Assembly (NCBI GenBank): GCA_965213685.1
Contig: CBDBZY010000064.1
Span: 1,120,001-1,184,000 of the forward strand
Source of the DNA: a bacterium
GTDB taxonomy: Bacteria > UBA8248
Length of the DNA stretch: 64,000 nucleotides
Direction: 5' to 3'
The notes beneath the pieces were generated by a model, which searched no databases, was not told where the DNA came from, and saw only the letters and a program-made list of their open reading frames with translations. The stretch's first letter is position 1; every line of letters begins with the position of its first letter. Shown here piece after piece: positions 26,942 through 41,841 of this stretch. Both the position numbers and the translations under genes were made by a program.

Positions 26942-27330
26942 GCTGAAGGTTGATAATGCGGCGGCCCTTAGCCCAAGCCCTTGAAACGCAGGTCTAAGAG
27001 CAGAAGTATCACTTCAACGATCACTGAGTCCTTGTGCCTTCTGCCACCACGAGCATGCTCGAACCTAGTTTCAGAGTTTAGCATTACTACTGAAGGTGCA
27101 TGATGAGGCGACCCCTAGCTCAAGCCCTCTGCTGTGGCTTCGAAACGCAGGTCTAGGCGCTGAAGTACTGCTTCAACAGTCAGTTCTTGTGCCTTCTGCC
27201 ACCAAGAGTTCTAAGTTCAGAGTTTACCATTACTGCTGAAGGTCCATGATGAGGCGACCCCTAGCTCAAGCCCTCTGCTGGCTTTGAGGCGCCTGTCTAA
27301 GTGCTGAAGTACAGCCTCAACGGTCCATCC
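26942..27330. repeat. ~146-bp tandem repeat, about 2.6 copies
   Basis: ctgaagg..tgatgaggcgacccctagctcaagccc..gaaacgcaggtcta recurs at ~26942, 27089 and 27235. Confidence 0.85.
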
Positions 27331-27529
27331 TTACTACCCAGAGTTACATTCGGTGTGAACGAGGCATTGTAACTGTGCACTGCGTATACCTAGTTTATTA
27401 TATAGCTCAACTTCAGCAGTATCCCAAGAATTACACAACTGTAATATTTCTCTCCTGCATGGCGATGAAGCCAACGCAGAATGAATATGGATAGACTTTA
27501 ACACAATGTTAGACAATGTTAACCACTAT

Positions 27530-28754
<1,225 letters not shown>

Positions 28755-29689
28755 CACTATAATCAAAAGTTACATAATCATGGAAATATTTACAGCATAA
28801 AAAAATGTACCAATTCACATTCCAAGCAATGACATTTGCCTGAAGGTTTCCACTCTGATGGTGTCTTGCAGCAAGCTTCTCTGATAGAAGTAATGCATAA
28901 AAATTATGCACAATAATGCACTATGACTTGATAAAATAATATGTATACTTTACCTCTCACTGTTTCGTTTAGACTTGGGTGTTTCTGTACCATGGCTAAG
29001 AGTTCTAGGACGTTTCACATCAATTTTTTTGACAGACCTGTAACATGAGTGAACACTATTATATGCATGTTAGCATTTTGTAACTTGCCTTCTCGCATTT
29101 ACCAGCCTGTGCTGCATTTTCAGCAGCCGGCCAATCTACAGGCAACTGCTCAGAGCCACCTTTCTGGGCTGGTGGAGCATTTTCTTTCCCTTCGGTAGCC
29201 ATTTATACCTATAGCCTTCCTGTGCAAGCATGTTGTCAGTATTCTGTGTAACAGAGCTGATTTCATGTCAGTGTCAGTCCTGTAATTGTAAATATTGTCA
29301 CAGACCTGTACTGCCAGGCCTGTGACATGGTTGTAGCTGTGCTGGCTGCACCACACTGAACGATAGTGTAACATTATTGTACCAGAGGCATGTAACAGCA
29401 CTGCCCACTTCTGCGAATGTACCCTGACATGATAGGTACAGTCAGGGGGACCTTCAGCATTGTTACATTGCTGTTGGAAATTGGTTGCGTACTTCACTGC
29501 AATGCGGCTAGAACGTAACTGGCTAGCTCTAACCAGTATAGGCTGGTTCAAACTGGTGTTTTTTCTAAGGCTTCCATGGTACAAGCAGGTTACAGTACAC
29601 CCACTCGTCAGTTTAGTGTATATGCACTAAACCAACTTGTGGGTGTACTGTACGTAACATATTGCTAATGCTGTCTTGTTTTCTGGGTT

Positions 29690-32600
29690 GTGATTGGATT
29701 CCCTACACACATGTATTCTTTGCAAGTTACATTTTTCTGCACTATCACTGCATGCCTAAAACTAAAAGTAAGTGTGGAAGTATTGAGGACAAAACAGAAA
29801 TTAACATGAGCTATGTATTGGTGGAAGTTACAATTGAATAGTAAAAATATTTTTTCCAAAAATATAAGGGATGTACATGTACGGATGGCAGTGCCAAAAT
29901 CACAGAAACTAGGTATAGGCATGCCAGTGTGTAGGCAAGACAGGTTATACAAAGGCTATACAAGTAACTCCATCCCTACGTACATCTTATTTTTTGCTTC
30001 ACAATGCTGTTCTCGGTAATCTCACAAGTAATTCTACATGTATCCCTGCATCTTTTTCTTATACATGACATCATTCTGTGGCCTATGCTATAACCTCTCT
30101 TGCCTGCACACTTGCATCCCTACACCTACATGTAGTTTCTGGCACTGCCATCCCTACGTCCCTCTACATTTTGGAAAATTTTTTTTTGACCATAGATAAT
30201 AATATAATTTAGTGCAAGGATGAACAAAAGGACCCTGCAAGCAGGGCCCAGAAGAGAAGAACGAACCAATAGGGGAAGTAAGGCCATACACAAGGGAACC
30301 ATACAAAACAAAACATACAACCAATACACAAAGAGACAATAATTAAAAGAAAAATATACAAAGGAGGAAAAACGGTAAGACAGTTGGAAAAAGAAAAAAT
30401 AAAAATACAAAAAGGAATGTACAACAAAACTAGAACAAAAAATAGTCATAAAGCACCATCGACTGAAGGTAAATGAACAGGGCAACGACGAATCCAGAGG
30501 GCTGCATTGCCTCTCCAGAGGGCGATAGAACATCTCTGAAAAAGGTGGCGGATGGTCTCCGCAGGGGGAATCCCCAAGCACTGACCCAAGAGGCGCCCAA
30601 TGCTCGTAATGGTGCCTGCTGCCTCATCACTCCATCCCCCTAATGATTCCACCACCAGAGGGATGAAGGACACACCAACCGCACGGCAGGCTGCAGAATG
30701 AGCCATGCGTTTTCATTCAGTGCCCACCCTCAGGGCATGACCTTGCACAGTGGTAGCTCCTTCTGAGTAGAAATTACAGACACATCCAGTGCTGCAGGAT
30801 AGCCCCTCTTCCAACTTGGAAGGAAGATGTCAGCAGGACGACTGCGAGTGTTGGGAATCAAAGAAGGCACCTCTTTCCTTGGCGCAAGGGCAGCAGACTG
30901 GGCTACAGAGAAAAGTGCGTCGCGAAGAGAGTCATGCCGGTAAATCCTGTCTCCATTACCCCCACACCCCACCTGATGATCACCGAATGCGTCAGCAACT
31001 CCATGACAAACAGGGCATTTGTATCCATCCTCTGACACCTGTAGTCCCAACCAAGAGACTAAGCACAGGTGAAACTCACGGTCCTGAAGATGAAGACCAA
31101 GAGCAGTGGAAGGTACAACATTCAGCCAATCCCCAGCATGGGGAATTGACGAGGAGAGGGCCAGCGCTCTGGCACGAGAATCTGGAGCATCAGCCAAAAG
31201 AGCTGCATACTGGGCTTCATCAACAGCATGAGATAGGCAATGTTGGATGACTCAAACATTGATATCCTGAATAGAGCCCCCCACTCAGGTCTTGCAGCCA
31301 CTTGGGCCAAAGCACAGATGGCACTAGGCAGGTGTGGAGGTGCCATAGGTGAGCGATCTAGGATTCCCAAGATAAGGGGCTGAATTTGATGGAAAGATGA
31401 TATATAGGCAGCTGGAGCATGAAGAGAGGCCTTGCGAATATTGAGGCCCCCAAGGGAAGAAGGCAGGGAAGCTTTGAGCCAAGCCCAATCAGGTAGAGGA
31501 CTTCCAGCAAGATCTGAAAGAGCCTCTCGTATAAGGTCATCAAAAGCCCCCAAAGCCCGACTGATAAGACCTGGAGGACATGTACGGAGGACGTACGCAA
31601 TCTTGGGGAGGGCAAGGCAAGAATGCAGAAGAGTAGTCTCCATTTGTGAGTCCTGCAGATCACTCAACCTGTAGAGTATCTCTTGTACCTTGTTGATCCT
31701 CTTCTGGAGGGAGGCTTCACAATAGACAGCAGGGCCCATAGGGGAGCCCAACAAATCAAACCCTCCTGTAACAAGGGGGATATCACTGAGGATTGAGTGG
31801 GAGACAGGAACATCAGCCACTGCATGGAGAAGGCATTTGGATTTGTTGAGATATAGGCCATGATGAGGACCCTCAGCTTCAATAATGGCAAGAGCCACAG
31901 CAAGATCATCCAGGGAACCACACAAGGTCCCATCGTCTAAATACCAAGCATTGATGAGAAGGCCAGGGACCTCCTCCTTAATCTTCTCAACAATAGGGTG
32001 AATGGCCAGAGCAAACCCCAGAGGACCAATGGGGTCCCCTTGCTGAACCCCACAACCGCTGAGGATGACTTCATCATCGAGGTGAAGGATAGGTTGAGAG
32101 CTATAGCAGCTCTCCAACCAAGTAGCCATGGAAGGAATTCAAGCCCTCACTTCCTGAAACATAGCCCCACGCTCCACCATATTGAAGGCATTGGAGAAGT
32201 CCACAAGGAGGATGAATCGGTTCTCATGTAGAATGCTAGAATCATCCAACACATTTGCCACTGCATGAACCATGGCCTCACATCCAGCCGGTACTTTGAC
32301 ACCCATTTGCAGAGGGGGTAGCATCCTGAAGGCTTCAGACTGGACTGCTCTTACGACACATTTAGAGGTCAACTGACATAACACCTCGCCAACTGCAGTA
32401 GGGCATAACCCGCCACCCTTCTTCTTACAGGGAAAAATGTTTTACACGTACATACTTGTTTGTGTACTTTTGTAGTGCAGTAAAGGAGAATGTTGTTCTT
32501 GCAAGTTTCTTTCAGAGTCCAGCAAACGAATCATTGATCATAGAAGCTACTGCTACCCGTCAGCAACAAAGATATGGGGGGTAGGGAGTGGCTTGAACAC

Positions 32601-33432
32601 CGTCTCTTGAAGTTGGGGGGCTTTTTATACTTACTTGTGTGCTTTTTGTGCTGTACAATAGGACAGTGAAGGAGAATGTTGTTCTTGCAAGCTTCTTTCA
32701 GATTCCAGCAAACAAATCAATGATCATAGCAGCCATCACTACCTGTCAGAGACAGAGGTGCAGGGTGGGGAGGGGCATTAGCACCAGCACTTATGAAGTT
32801 GGACAGCTGAGCCTCTCCAAAACTTTCAGAACTAAAGTAGCTACCTCACTGTGTCTGACTGGCTAACTCATACCAGTAACATTCAAGTTTGTAGTACAGT
32901 GAAGTAAGATGCTGTTCAAACGTGCTCCGTTCAGACACAAATAAGCGACTACGGTAGCCCTTGCCATGTCTAGCAATTAATAGGTGTGGCTTAACGAGGC
33001 CAGCTATCACATGCTTAATATGTGTGCCACATGACAATTATTAGAAAATGGCTTCCAAATATGGGAAGGTGGCCATGGCCTCTACTTTAACTTACCACTC
33101 ATTTGGGAAGGTACTAAGATTCTGTTAGCTTAGGATCATACTTGGTAGTGGATCTGTGAAAGAACTACAGTGATTACTCTAGCCACTTTTGAGAAAAGTT
33201 ATTTGAAAAATATCCCTGAAGAAGAAGATGAAGAACGTTTATCCCTTTTCTGGCAGTGAGTCAAGGGATGCATTTTGGCTATATCACTGTGTAGAGAAAC
33301 AGGATAGCTACGTACATGTAAGTGCCCAGAAAGGCGTAAAATATGAACATTTGCAAGTTAAGAAGGCCTTCCAATGTACGCATACTATGGGCATGTTGGT
33401 ACCATCTCTACATAGAGAGTCTACCGACTCTC
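29690..33432. mobile_element. Reverse-oriented Helentron-like repeat copy, split by a CRE-like element
   Basis: Palindromic end at ~29840-30178, continuation from 32431, hairpin terminus AGAGAGTCTACCGACTCTCT at ~33413-33432. Confidence 0.7.
30179..32430 (-). mobile_element. CRE-like non-LTR retrotransposon (RT plus RLE), 5'-truncated and frameshifted
   Basis: KKKGGG, VDFSNAFN, GVQQGDP, AWYLDDG, CPVC..DH..C..RHD zinc knuckle, RPADI..ALDV and FIPLVVESLGGW. A-tail at 30179-30187. Confidence 0.92.
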
Positions 33433-34877
33433 TTTATACATACTTTGTGCCAGCAATGGTGTTAATACAGTGATTACAATGATGTTAATACAGTGATTAT
33501 ATATGTACGTATATATGACATGATGCACTTTTCCTCATTGTTTGACTCCTATACACTTTGAAACTGGCCAAGTTGTGAATCACATCATAATGTACGGTAC
33601 ATTTTTGCAGAGGGAAGTATGCATGACTGCCATGAATGTCTGCTCCTGCCTTATTCTGCTCAGGCAATACAAGTGGCTGCCCACCTAACAGCACTGAAGT
33701 ACTCATGGATAATGCAGGTCTGTGTTGTTAAGATACATATGTGAACCATGTCACTGTAGCTGATTAACATACATGTATGTGTTATATCAATTTTGAGCAC
33801 CGTCCAAAGTGTAGCCTCTTTCCCAGGTTCTCCTCCCTTGCACACACAATTAGAGTCTATGTGATTGTATGGACACAATTAGAGTCTGTTTGATTGTGTG
33901 GTCAAGAACCATGTGCATCTGGAATTGGGGGAGAGTCTTGAGTGTCACTTTTATCAGTAGTACACACATTGTTCATATATACGTATGTGCCAGCAGTGAA
34001 AAGATGTGGTACAAGCCGCAGTTATCAGAGAGTCGGTAAACTTTCTATGTAGGGATGATGCCGACACTTTCATATTGTCTGTACATACAAACCTTCTAAG
34101 TGGCCAAGCTTTAAGCCTTCATGGCCACCAAACCTTTGGTTTTAAGTGCTTATCTAACCAACAATAGCCTCCATGTAGCAAACACCACCCACTAAGCCAA
34201 CTGATAAACAATTGCCTAACAGTCCATTTGTTTGTTTTTTCCTTATTTTTTTGGCAGCCTACATCAAAACTGGCTAAAGTTATCAACTTCACTGTTTGTA
34301 CAAATCCCCACATCTGTATATGCAGTGCAATATTTTTTGTAGTTTTGCAATAAAACTGGCAACTTCAGCATTGCAGGAGTGTTGGACACAGTGTCCAGGC
34401 AGGGTAGCATGGAACAAAGAAACCCCCATTCCTACAGCTTTTATTAAAGGTAGCCTTCACAACCCCACCACGTATATACATTGACCATTGTCAGTGCTAA
34501 GCATTTGTAGGCTGCCTCTCAAGAGCTAAAGTATGTTCAGTATGCATGGCATCCTGTCACAAACAGTGTATTTGGTCATGTGTCTCGTATGGATACTCAT
34601 ATGTGTACATGTAGTGACCAGCTAAGCACTGTATATGTACATGTACGTAGTGTACATATACATATACATGTACTTACATGTATACTGTCGAGGCCTCCTA
34701 CACTGCTTTGTTGTACTTGTTATTCACTGAGTTGTTTCTCACTTGTTACACAAAGCAAGAAGTGTACCACATGAGAACAGCTCTTAAGCAAAGTATGATG
34801 CAACTATTGGTGCCTTATTGACATTATATACACATTTTCTTCATAATTATGAATGTATAACTTTAAATCTCTTGTAG

Positions 34878-35071
34878 AGAGGAAGAATAATCCAGGTCCT
34901 CCACCTCCACCACCTCCTAATGCCAGTGGTCAAGCAAGCAGGCCGAAGTCTAAGCAGCCACTTCCAAACCCAAAGCTAGTGAAGGTCAAAACACTTCCAA
35001 AGAAGTCTAGCCCAGGCAGTGTTAGCCCACAGACCCCACCTGCACCTTTGCCAAAGCCCTTTAAGAAGTCG
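34878..35071 (+). CDS. CABIT-domain protein, proline-rich coding exon 2
   Basis: Acceptor ttgtag (phase 1), ERKNNPGPPPPPPPN..PPAPLPKPFKKS, phase-0 donor gtcagt. Confidence 0.75.
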
Positions 35072-35309
35072 GTCAGTATTTGTCACTTATGCTGTATCTT
35101 GACCATGTTCTTGTACTGTATTGTGCTGCAGTTTGTCAGAGAGTCAGTAGACTCTGTATGTAAGAAAGGTTGCAACATGCCCACACTGTACATACATACA
35201 AAAGCCTTCTAAAGTCGCAAATGTTCACCCCTTCTAAGCCTTTCTGATAACCTACATAGCTATCCGATGTTCCTCAACACAATAAATGCATTGCTAGACT
35301 TACTAATTA

Positions 35310-37507
35310 CTTGATGTTAGACTCATGAAATATGCTTATTCAGCATGTCTGTATAGTCGATATACATATGTGCCTATCAATCTTTCTCTCTCTGGTCTCC
35401 ACTGGTCTCCCCCAGTCTCCCCGGTCTCTATTAGTCTCCCCCAGACTTTCTGGTCTCTACTACTAGTCTCCTCCAGTCTCTCTGGTCTCCACTAGTCTCG
35501 CCCAGTCTCTCTGGTCTCTACTAGTCTCTCTGATCTCTAACTAGTCTCCTCCAGTCTCTCTGGTCTCTACTAGTCTCCCCCAGTCTCTCTGGTCTCCACT
35601 AGTCTCGCCCAGTCTCTCTGGTCTCTACTAGTCTCTCTGATCTCTAACTAGTCTCCCCCAGTTTCTCTGGTCTCTACTAGTCTCATCCAGTTTCTCTGGT
35701 CTCTACTAGTCTCCCCCAGTCTCTCTGGTCTCCACTAGTCTCACCCTGTCTCTCTGGTCTCTACTAGTCTCTCTGATCTCTAACTAGTCTCCCCCAGTCT
35801 CTCTGGTCTCTACTAGTCTCTCTGATCTCTAACTAGCCTCCCCCAGTCTCTCTGGTCTCTACTAGTCTCTCCCAGTCTCTCTGGTCTCCACTAGTCTCGC
35901 CCAGTCTCTCTGGTCTCTACTAGTCTCTCTGATCTCTAACTAGTCTCCCCCAGTCTCTCTGGTCTCTACTAGTCTCCCCCAATCTCTCTGGTCTCCACTA
36001 GCCTCGCTCAGTCTCTCTGGTCTCTACTAGTCTCTCTGATCTCTAACTAGTCTCCCCGAGTCTCTCTGGTCTCTACTAGTCTCCCCCAGTCTCTCTGGTC
36101 TCTACTAGTCTCGCCCAGTCTCTCTGGTCTCTACTAGTCTCTCCGAGTCTCTCTGGTCTCTACTAGTCTCGCCCAGTCTCTCTGGTCTCTACTAGTCTCT
36201 CTGATCTCTAACTAGTTTCCCCCAGTCTCTCTGGTCTCCGCTAGTCTCGCCCAGTCTCTCTGGTCTCTACTAGTCTCTCTGATCTCTAACTAGTCTCCCC
36301 CAATCTCTCTGGTCTCTACTAGTCTCCTCCAGTCTCTCTGGTCTCCACTAGTCTCGCCCAGTCTCTCTGGTCTCTACTAGTCTCTCTGATCTCTAACTAG
36401 TCTCCCCAAGTCTCTCTGGTCTCTACTAGTCTCCCCCAGTCTCTCTGGTCTCTACTAGTCTCTCTGATCTCTAACTAGCCTCCCCCAGTCTCTCTGGTCT
36501 CTACTAGTCTTCGCCAGTCTCTCTGGTCTCCACTAGTCTCGCCCAGTCTCTCTGGTCTCTACTAGTCTCCCCCAGTCTCTCTGGTATGTACTAATCTCGC
36601 CCAGTCTCTCTGGTCTCTACTAGTCTCTCTGATCTCTAACTAGTCTCCCCCAGTCTCTCTGGTCTCTACTAGTCTCGTCCAGTTTCTCTGGTCTCCCCCA
36701 GTCTCTGTGGTCTCTACTGGTCTCCCCCTGTCTCTGCGGTCTCTACTGGTCTCCTCCTGTCTCTCTGGTCTCTATATACTAGTCTCAGTCTCCCCCAGTC
36801 TCTCTGGTCTCTACTAGTCTCCCCCAGTATCTCCTAGTCTCCCCCAGTCTCTGCGGTCTCCCTCAGTCTCTCTGGTCTCTACTGGTCTCCCCCAGTCTCT
36901 CCGGTCTCTGCCGTCTCCCTCAGTCTCTTCAGTATCTATTGGTCTATCCTAGTCTCCTCCAGTCTCTCTGATCTATGAGACCGGGGGAGACCAGTAGAGA
37001 CCAAAGAGACCAGTAGAGATCAAAGAGACCAGTAGAGACCAGAGAGATGGGGGGAAACCGGAGAGATCAGTGGAGACTAGAGAGACTGGGGGAGACCGGA
37101 GAGATCAGTGGAGACTAGAGAGACTGGGGGAGAGTAGTAGAGACCAAAGAGACCAGTAGAGACCAGAGAGACTGGGGAGACCACTAGAGACTAGAGAAAC
37201 TAGTAGATACCAGAGAGACTGGGGGAGACTAATAGAGACCAGAGAGACTGGGAGAGACTAGTAGAGACCAGAGACTGGGTGAGACCAGTAGAGACCAAAG
37301 AAACTGGGGGAGACTAGTAGAGACCAGTGGAGACCAAAGAGGCCAGTAGAGACCAGAGAGACTGAGGGAGACTAGTAGAGACCAGAGAGACTGGGGGAGA
37401 CCAGAAGAGACTGGGGGCAACCAGTAGAGACCAGAGAGATTGATGGGCATACATGTATAACTACACAGACATGCTGAATAAGCATATTTCGTGAGTCTAA
37501 CACCAAG
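35310..37507. mobile_element. Foldback-type element with satellite-filled inverted arms and TA flanks
   Basis: ~70-bp unique outer TIRs (CTTG(A/G)TGTTAGACTCA(T/C)GAAATATGCTTATTCAGCATGTCTGT). A pyrimidine-rich 29/20-bp array runs to ~36976, then its reverse complement follows. Confidence 0.9.
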
Positions 37508-37754
37508 TAACAACCCAGAAAATGGTCAAACCATCAATCTGTACTTAAGAGAGTTCTTTAAAATAACTTTTCCTGAAACTGGCTGAGGCAAACAGCACAG
37601 TTTTTACACAGATCCATCACATCCATGTAATATTTACCAAATGTGACCCTAGGTAAATGGAATCTTTGTACTCTTCCAAATCTGGTGAGCAGAAACTAGA
37701 AGCTCTATATGTTTCCCCACACTTAAATTTCATTTTCCAATATTGTCATGTGGC

Positions 37755-38070
37755 ACAGTGGGCTATTCAGCAGCGTGTCATTTGTATGCAACTCTTAGCC
37801 AAGAGTCTTACTGGGGAGGAGATTGCAAGGGAGTTACTATTTGTACTGCAGGCTCAGTATGGAATAGCTACTGGCTCACTAGTTGCTACTATGTGAGATA
37901 GAGCTTCAGTAAACAATCTTGCTATGTCAATTCTCTGTGTGATGTACCCTCATGTGCTAGATGTGGAGTGTTTTAGTCGTACGATTGATAATGCTGGCCA
38001 TAACTTTGCTACACCTGTCCTAGATGAGTTTGTATCCTCTTGGGTTTCATTGTTCTCACATAGCCCAAAG
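37755..38070 (+). pseudogene. hAT-like transposase fragment
   Basis: IQQRVICMQLLAKSLTGEEIAREL..M*DRASVN..DVECFSRTIDNAG, resembling the D..CxxH region. Confidence 0.6.
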
Positions 38071-39078
38071 CATGTACTAGTGTTGCTGTGCAAGCATTGC
38101 AGGGAAGACTACACAACAAGTACCCCATCCCTACATCTTTTTTATACATGACACCCTTTAGCAGGCTATGTTACATGTATGAGATTACTGGGGAAAGCGT
38201 TGTGCAGTAAAAATTTAGGGATGGGGTTACTTGCGTAGTCTTTGTATAACCTGTCTGCCATGCCTGCACACTGCCATCCCTACACCTAGTTTTTGTGGTT
38301 TTGGCACTGCCATCCCTCTACATTTATGGATGATCTTTTCTGCAAGTTTTTTGTATAATATATATGTACATGTACATGTAGTTCACTAAAGAGGATGTCG
38401 TTCTTGTGAGCTTTTTTCAGGGTTTAGGATACAAATCAGGGATTACAACAGCCTTTCCTATATATATGTCAGGGATGGAAACATGGAGGACAGGGAGGGT
38501 CTTAAGCACTCTCACTGTTTAAGTTGGGGGGCTGAGCCCCCCAAAGATTTTTAAGCTAGAGTAACTACCTCACTGTATATGATTGCACCTGGACGTCTAT
38601 TTCACACTGTAGACGTGGCACTTAAACAGGGCAGGCATTATATATGATCGTAAGGCTGTGTGTATTGTGAACTAATACTTGTCCATCTACGCTGTGTGGC
38701 TCAAGAGCCTTATGCTCTGTCTTCTCAGTAGTCCCTAGGCTTTCAACCTGGAGAACATGTCAAACAGGTTCTTCTGTGCCATCAAAATACGTGAAGTCTT
38801 ACTAGTATACATGTTTATATATATGTAGTACCACGTGATGTACTTATGCAGAAGCATGCCATGTCCCTCAGCTGGCACTCAACCCAGCATTTAAGGTGGC
38901 GGGTACACCATGCAAGCACAACAGTGGTCATTGACTGTCCAAAGTGTACAGCTAGCAGAAATCCGCTAACAGGCTTGACACAATCAGTAACAAAATTGGC
39001 CCATGTACATGTATCTATATTGGGTAGTATTTCCATATGAATGAATTCCTTTTAAACACTGCAACATAATATGTGCAG

Positions 39079-39279
39079 GTGAGTTCTGACAGCTTGAACA
39101 CAAAGAAAGATGGTGGATATGTGGTTACAGAGAATCTACCATTTTCGGAAGTGGTTAAAAACTACAAGGACCAATTTCCACTCCGAGTTAGAGTAAGCAG
39201 AGGTCACTATGGCCCATCAGAACTGACCACTGTTTCTGAAGGAGACACATACACTCTCCATTTTGTGAAGCATGCCAAG
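39079..39279 (+). CDS. CABIT-domain protein, coding exon 3 (start of the CABIT domain)
   Basis: gtgcag acceptor, LPFSEVVKNYKDQFPLRVRVSRGHYG..GDTYTLHFVKHAK, consensus donor gtgagt, phase 0/0. Confidence 0.85.
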
Positions 39280-40483
39280 GTGAGTTATGTGTTCTTGTAG
39301 GTATATACACATGAGTATTTCATGCCAGCTCTTAATGAACATATTCATCCATGTCAGCTGCATTGAACCTTGTACAATTAGGTTGCACCTTCATACGTAC
39401 ATACATACACCACACCTATGGTATTAGTGGTATATTGGGATTGGTTCAGCATCAAACCTGAAGATTTTCACTTTCACTGTGCATTTTTTCACATCTGAAG
39501 ATATTAAGGTAATGAATAGCCCAAAAGGAAACTCTTATTAAAAACCAATATATTGTACACAGTGTGAGATATTAGCCAAATGCAATATTGTAATTATTCT
39601 TCTTATTCAAAATGAATCAATAACCATAATGCCAACGATCATGAAACTGTACATGCTGGTAATAAGTGGAAACAAATCATAGCAGTATGTACGTATTTGG
39701 GATATGCTCTTTCTTTGTCTACCATTTCACTTCTTACAATACTAATGAATATCTGCATTTTTCAGTGTTCTGTACATTGCGATGCTGAATGTGCTGTAAT
39801 TGACATGATATAGTTGAAGAATCTGTGATAACTGACTAACTTGAATAGTCAATAGTGATAGAACGCTGGCATACAAGGTTACAAGTGAGCTTATACAGGG
39901 TCCTAGACTATATGATATAACACTCTGGAAATGTGCAGTGAGGATAAATGCAGGATATGATCTAAGTGATAGCATACATACGTATGTGGGTGAGCCCAAA
40001 GAGAAGTCTACAGACATACAGGTGACAAGTTGCACTATGCAGGAAGTAGGACCTAGTATGAACAAATATTGTAACTACTAGCAGTCAGTATGTCTCTACA
40101 TCTGAACAATTACTACAGAATCTACATGGAAATAGTAGTAGTGAGAGAGTTGTGCTTAGAATGGGCTTAAAAATGTTAACCCTTTCACTGCTTGTATTGT
40201 TACATTGTAATAGCTCTTAATGATCCCTAATGTCAACTGTAGGGCCACCTACTCACAGATTTTAATTGACCAATCCCCCACTCTGTGAACGTAGCTGTTT
40301 TGTTGGTCAGTATCAGCTGCATATTGGTAGCTGGAAGCACAACCCCCCTCACACCAACAAGCAGTTAGAGACAGACAGGTAGCATCATATACTGTGTACA
40401 ATTATGAATCTCATTAACACACCGCGTAACTGCTTACCAACATACAGCACAATGGTTAAGCTTAGCTTCTGGTTTGCATAGAT

Positions 40484-40536
40484 GGGCTAGGGGTAGGGCA
40501 GGGCTAGAGCTAGGGCTAGGGCTAGGGCTAGGGCTA
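40484..40536 (+). repeat. (GGGCTA)n telomere-like tract
   Basis: About 8 imperfect hexamers. Confidence 0.85.
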
Positions 40537-41022
40537 ACCATGTTTCAAAAGTATACGATGCTAATGGTCTGTCTCAATGGCTTGTCTCACACCACCCTTC
40601 AGGCTTACTGTAGGGAAAACATGGTAGCCCAAAGTGCTGTGTCTACAGTGCTATCAACAGGCTTACACTGCTTCCATGTAACAAGCTGGCTGCTCTACCA
40701 GCTGGGCAGGTGTTACACTTTGGTGCGCATGCACAGAGGAGTATACCATGTTGCACCAACACACTATCATAAATCTTACGTTTTCTGTGGTTTGAGGATG
40801 CTGATTGCTCTGGTGGTGATAGTGTTGGTGGTGGTGGTGGTAGTGGTGCAGTACATTGGGAAGGTGGGGAAGGTGGTGGGGAAACCCAGCTCTCAAGTTT
40901 GTCTGGAAAAAGCCTCTCAAGTTTGTCTGGAAAAAGTCTGTAATACCTCTGAAGTACAATTGTTTAGCTATTAGTTAGAGTACATGTACATGTACATGTA
41001 TGTACATAACAGGAGGTTAAGG

Positions 41023-41841
41023 CATAGATTCTATAAACCACGTAACTGGGATTGGAAACTAGATAATTATTGTGTCACATGATCATTATGGCTCAGAGGT
41101 GGGAGGAGAGTATTCGCTTGGGAGTGAGAACGCAAGTAGTCAGCTGTCTGCACGTATAGTCCATACCTTCGTTACAATTTGGAGTGGGAATGTTCATTCT
41201 GACTAGGTGGAGCCACCGCAGCATTATAAATCCATTCACGTATGTAAGCCTGACACAATACGTGAGAATACATGTTACAGTCTCATCCTTCATATCCTAG
41301 CAAAAGATCTTTCTAGTTTAACCACTATAGTCTAATCCCACATAGCCATTATAAAGCTGCCCAGTTCTGTCTGGACAGAGCTCTCTGTCCTGGCGTTGTC
41401 ATGCAGCATGTACACAAAGCTAAGACCATCCTTACCCTGTTGTGGACACGAGGCACACCGGAGTCAAGTACTTTAGCCTAATCCCCCATACAATGGAAAG
41501 GAAAATATGCGCTGGTGGCCTTTTTAAGGCTATGTTGGCAATGTACCGCTCTACAAAGGTACACAAAGTGAATGGAAGAGAAGTGACAGCATATTGTGGG
41601 GAAGAGCATGCTTGCGGAATATGAACACAGCATAGGTTGCAGACTTGGCTAAACACTCTTCGCGAGTCTATACTGCTTGAAACTAACAAGTCCAACCGTA
41701 GAATATACGTCCTTCTCTAAGAAAGTTTGTTAGGCGCCTGTAAATGTCCATAACTATCATCACACACGGACGCTTATACGCGCATACTGCACATCACATG
41801 AGTAGTTTCCAATCCCAGTTACATAGTCTATAGTATCTATG
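41023..41841. mobile_element. P-type non-autonomous transposon (CATAGA ends)
   Basis: ~39-bp imperfect TIR CATAGAT(T/A)CTATA..GTAACTGGGATTGGAAACTA. Flanks GTTAAGG and ATTAAGG form a 7-bp TSD with one mismatch. Confidence 0.8.

Noticed and set aside
27095-27160. Hammerhead ribozyme in the 146-bp repeat (ATGATGAG..CGAAACGCAGGTC)
   Set aside because: C3 is absent, there is no proper stem I, and the motif is not kept in the other copies.
35385-37440. CRISPR-like regular array
   Set aside because: Units are contiguous with no unique spacers, there are no cas genes, and the context is eukaryotic. The array is internal to a foldback element.
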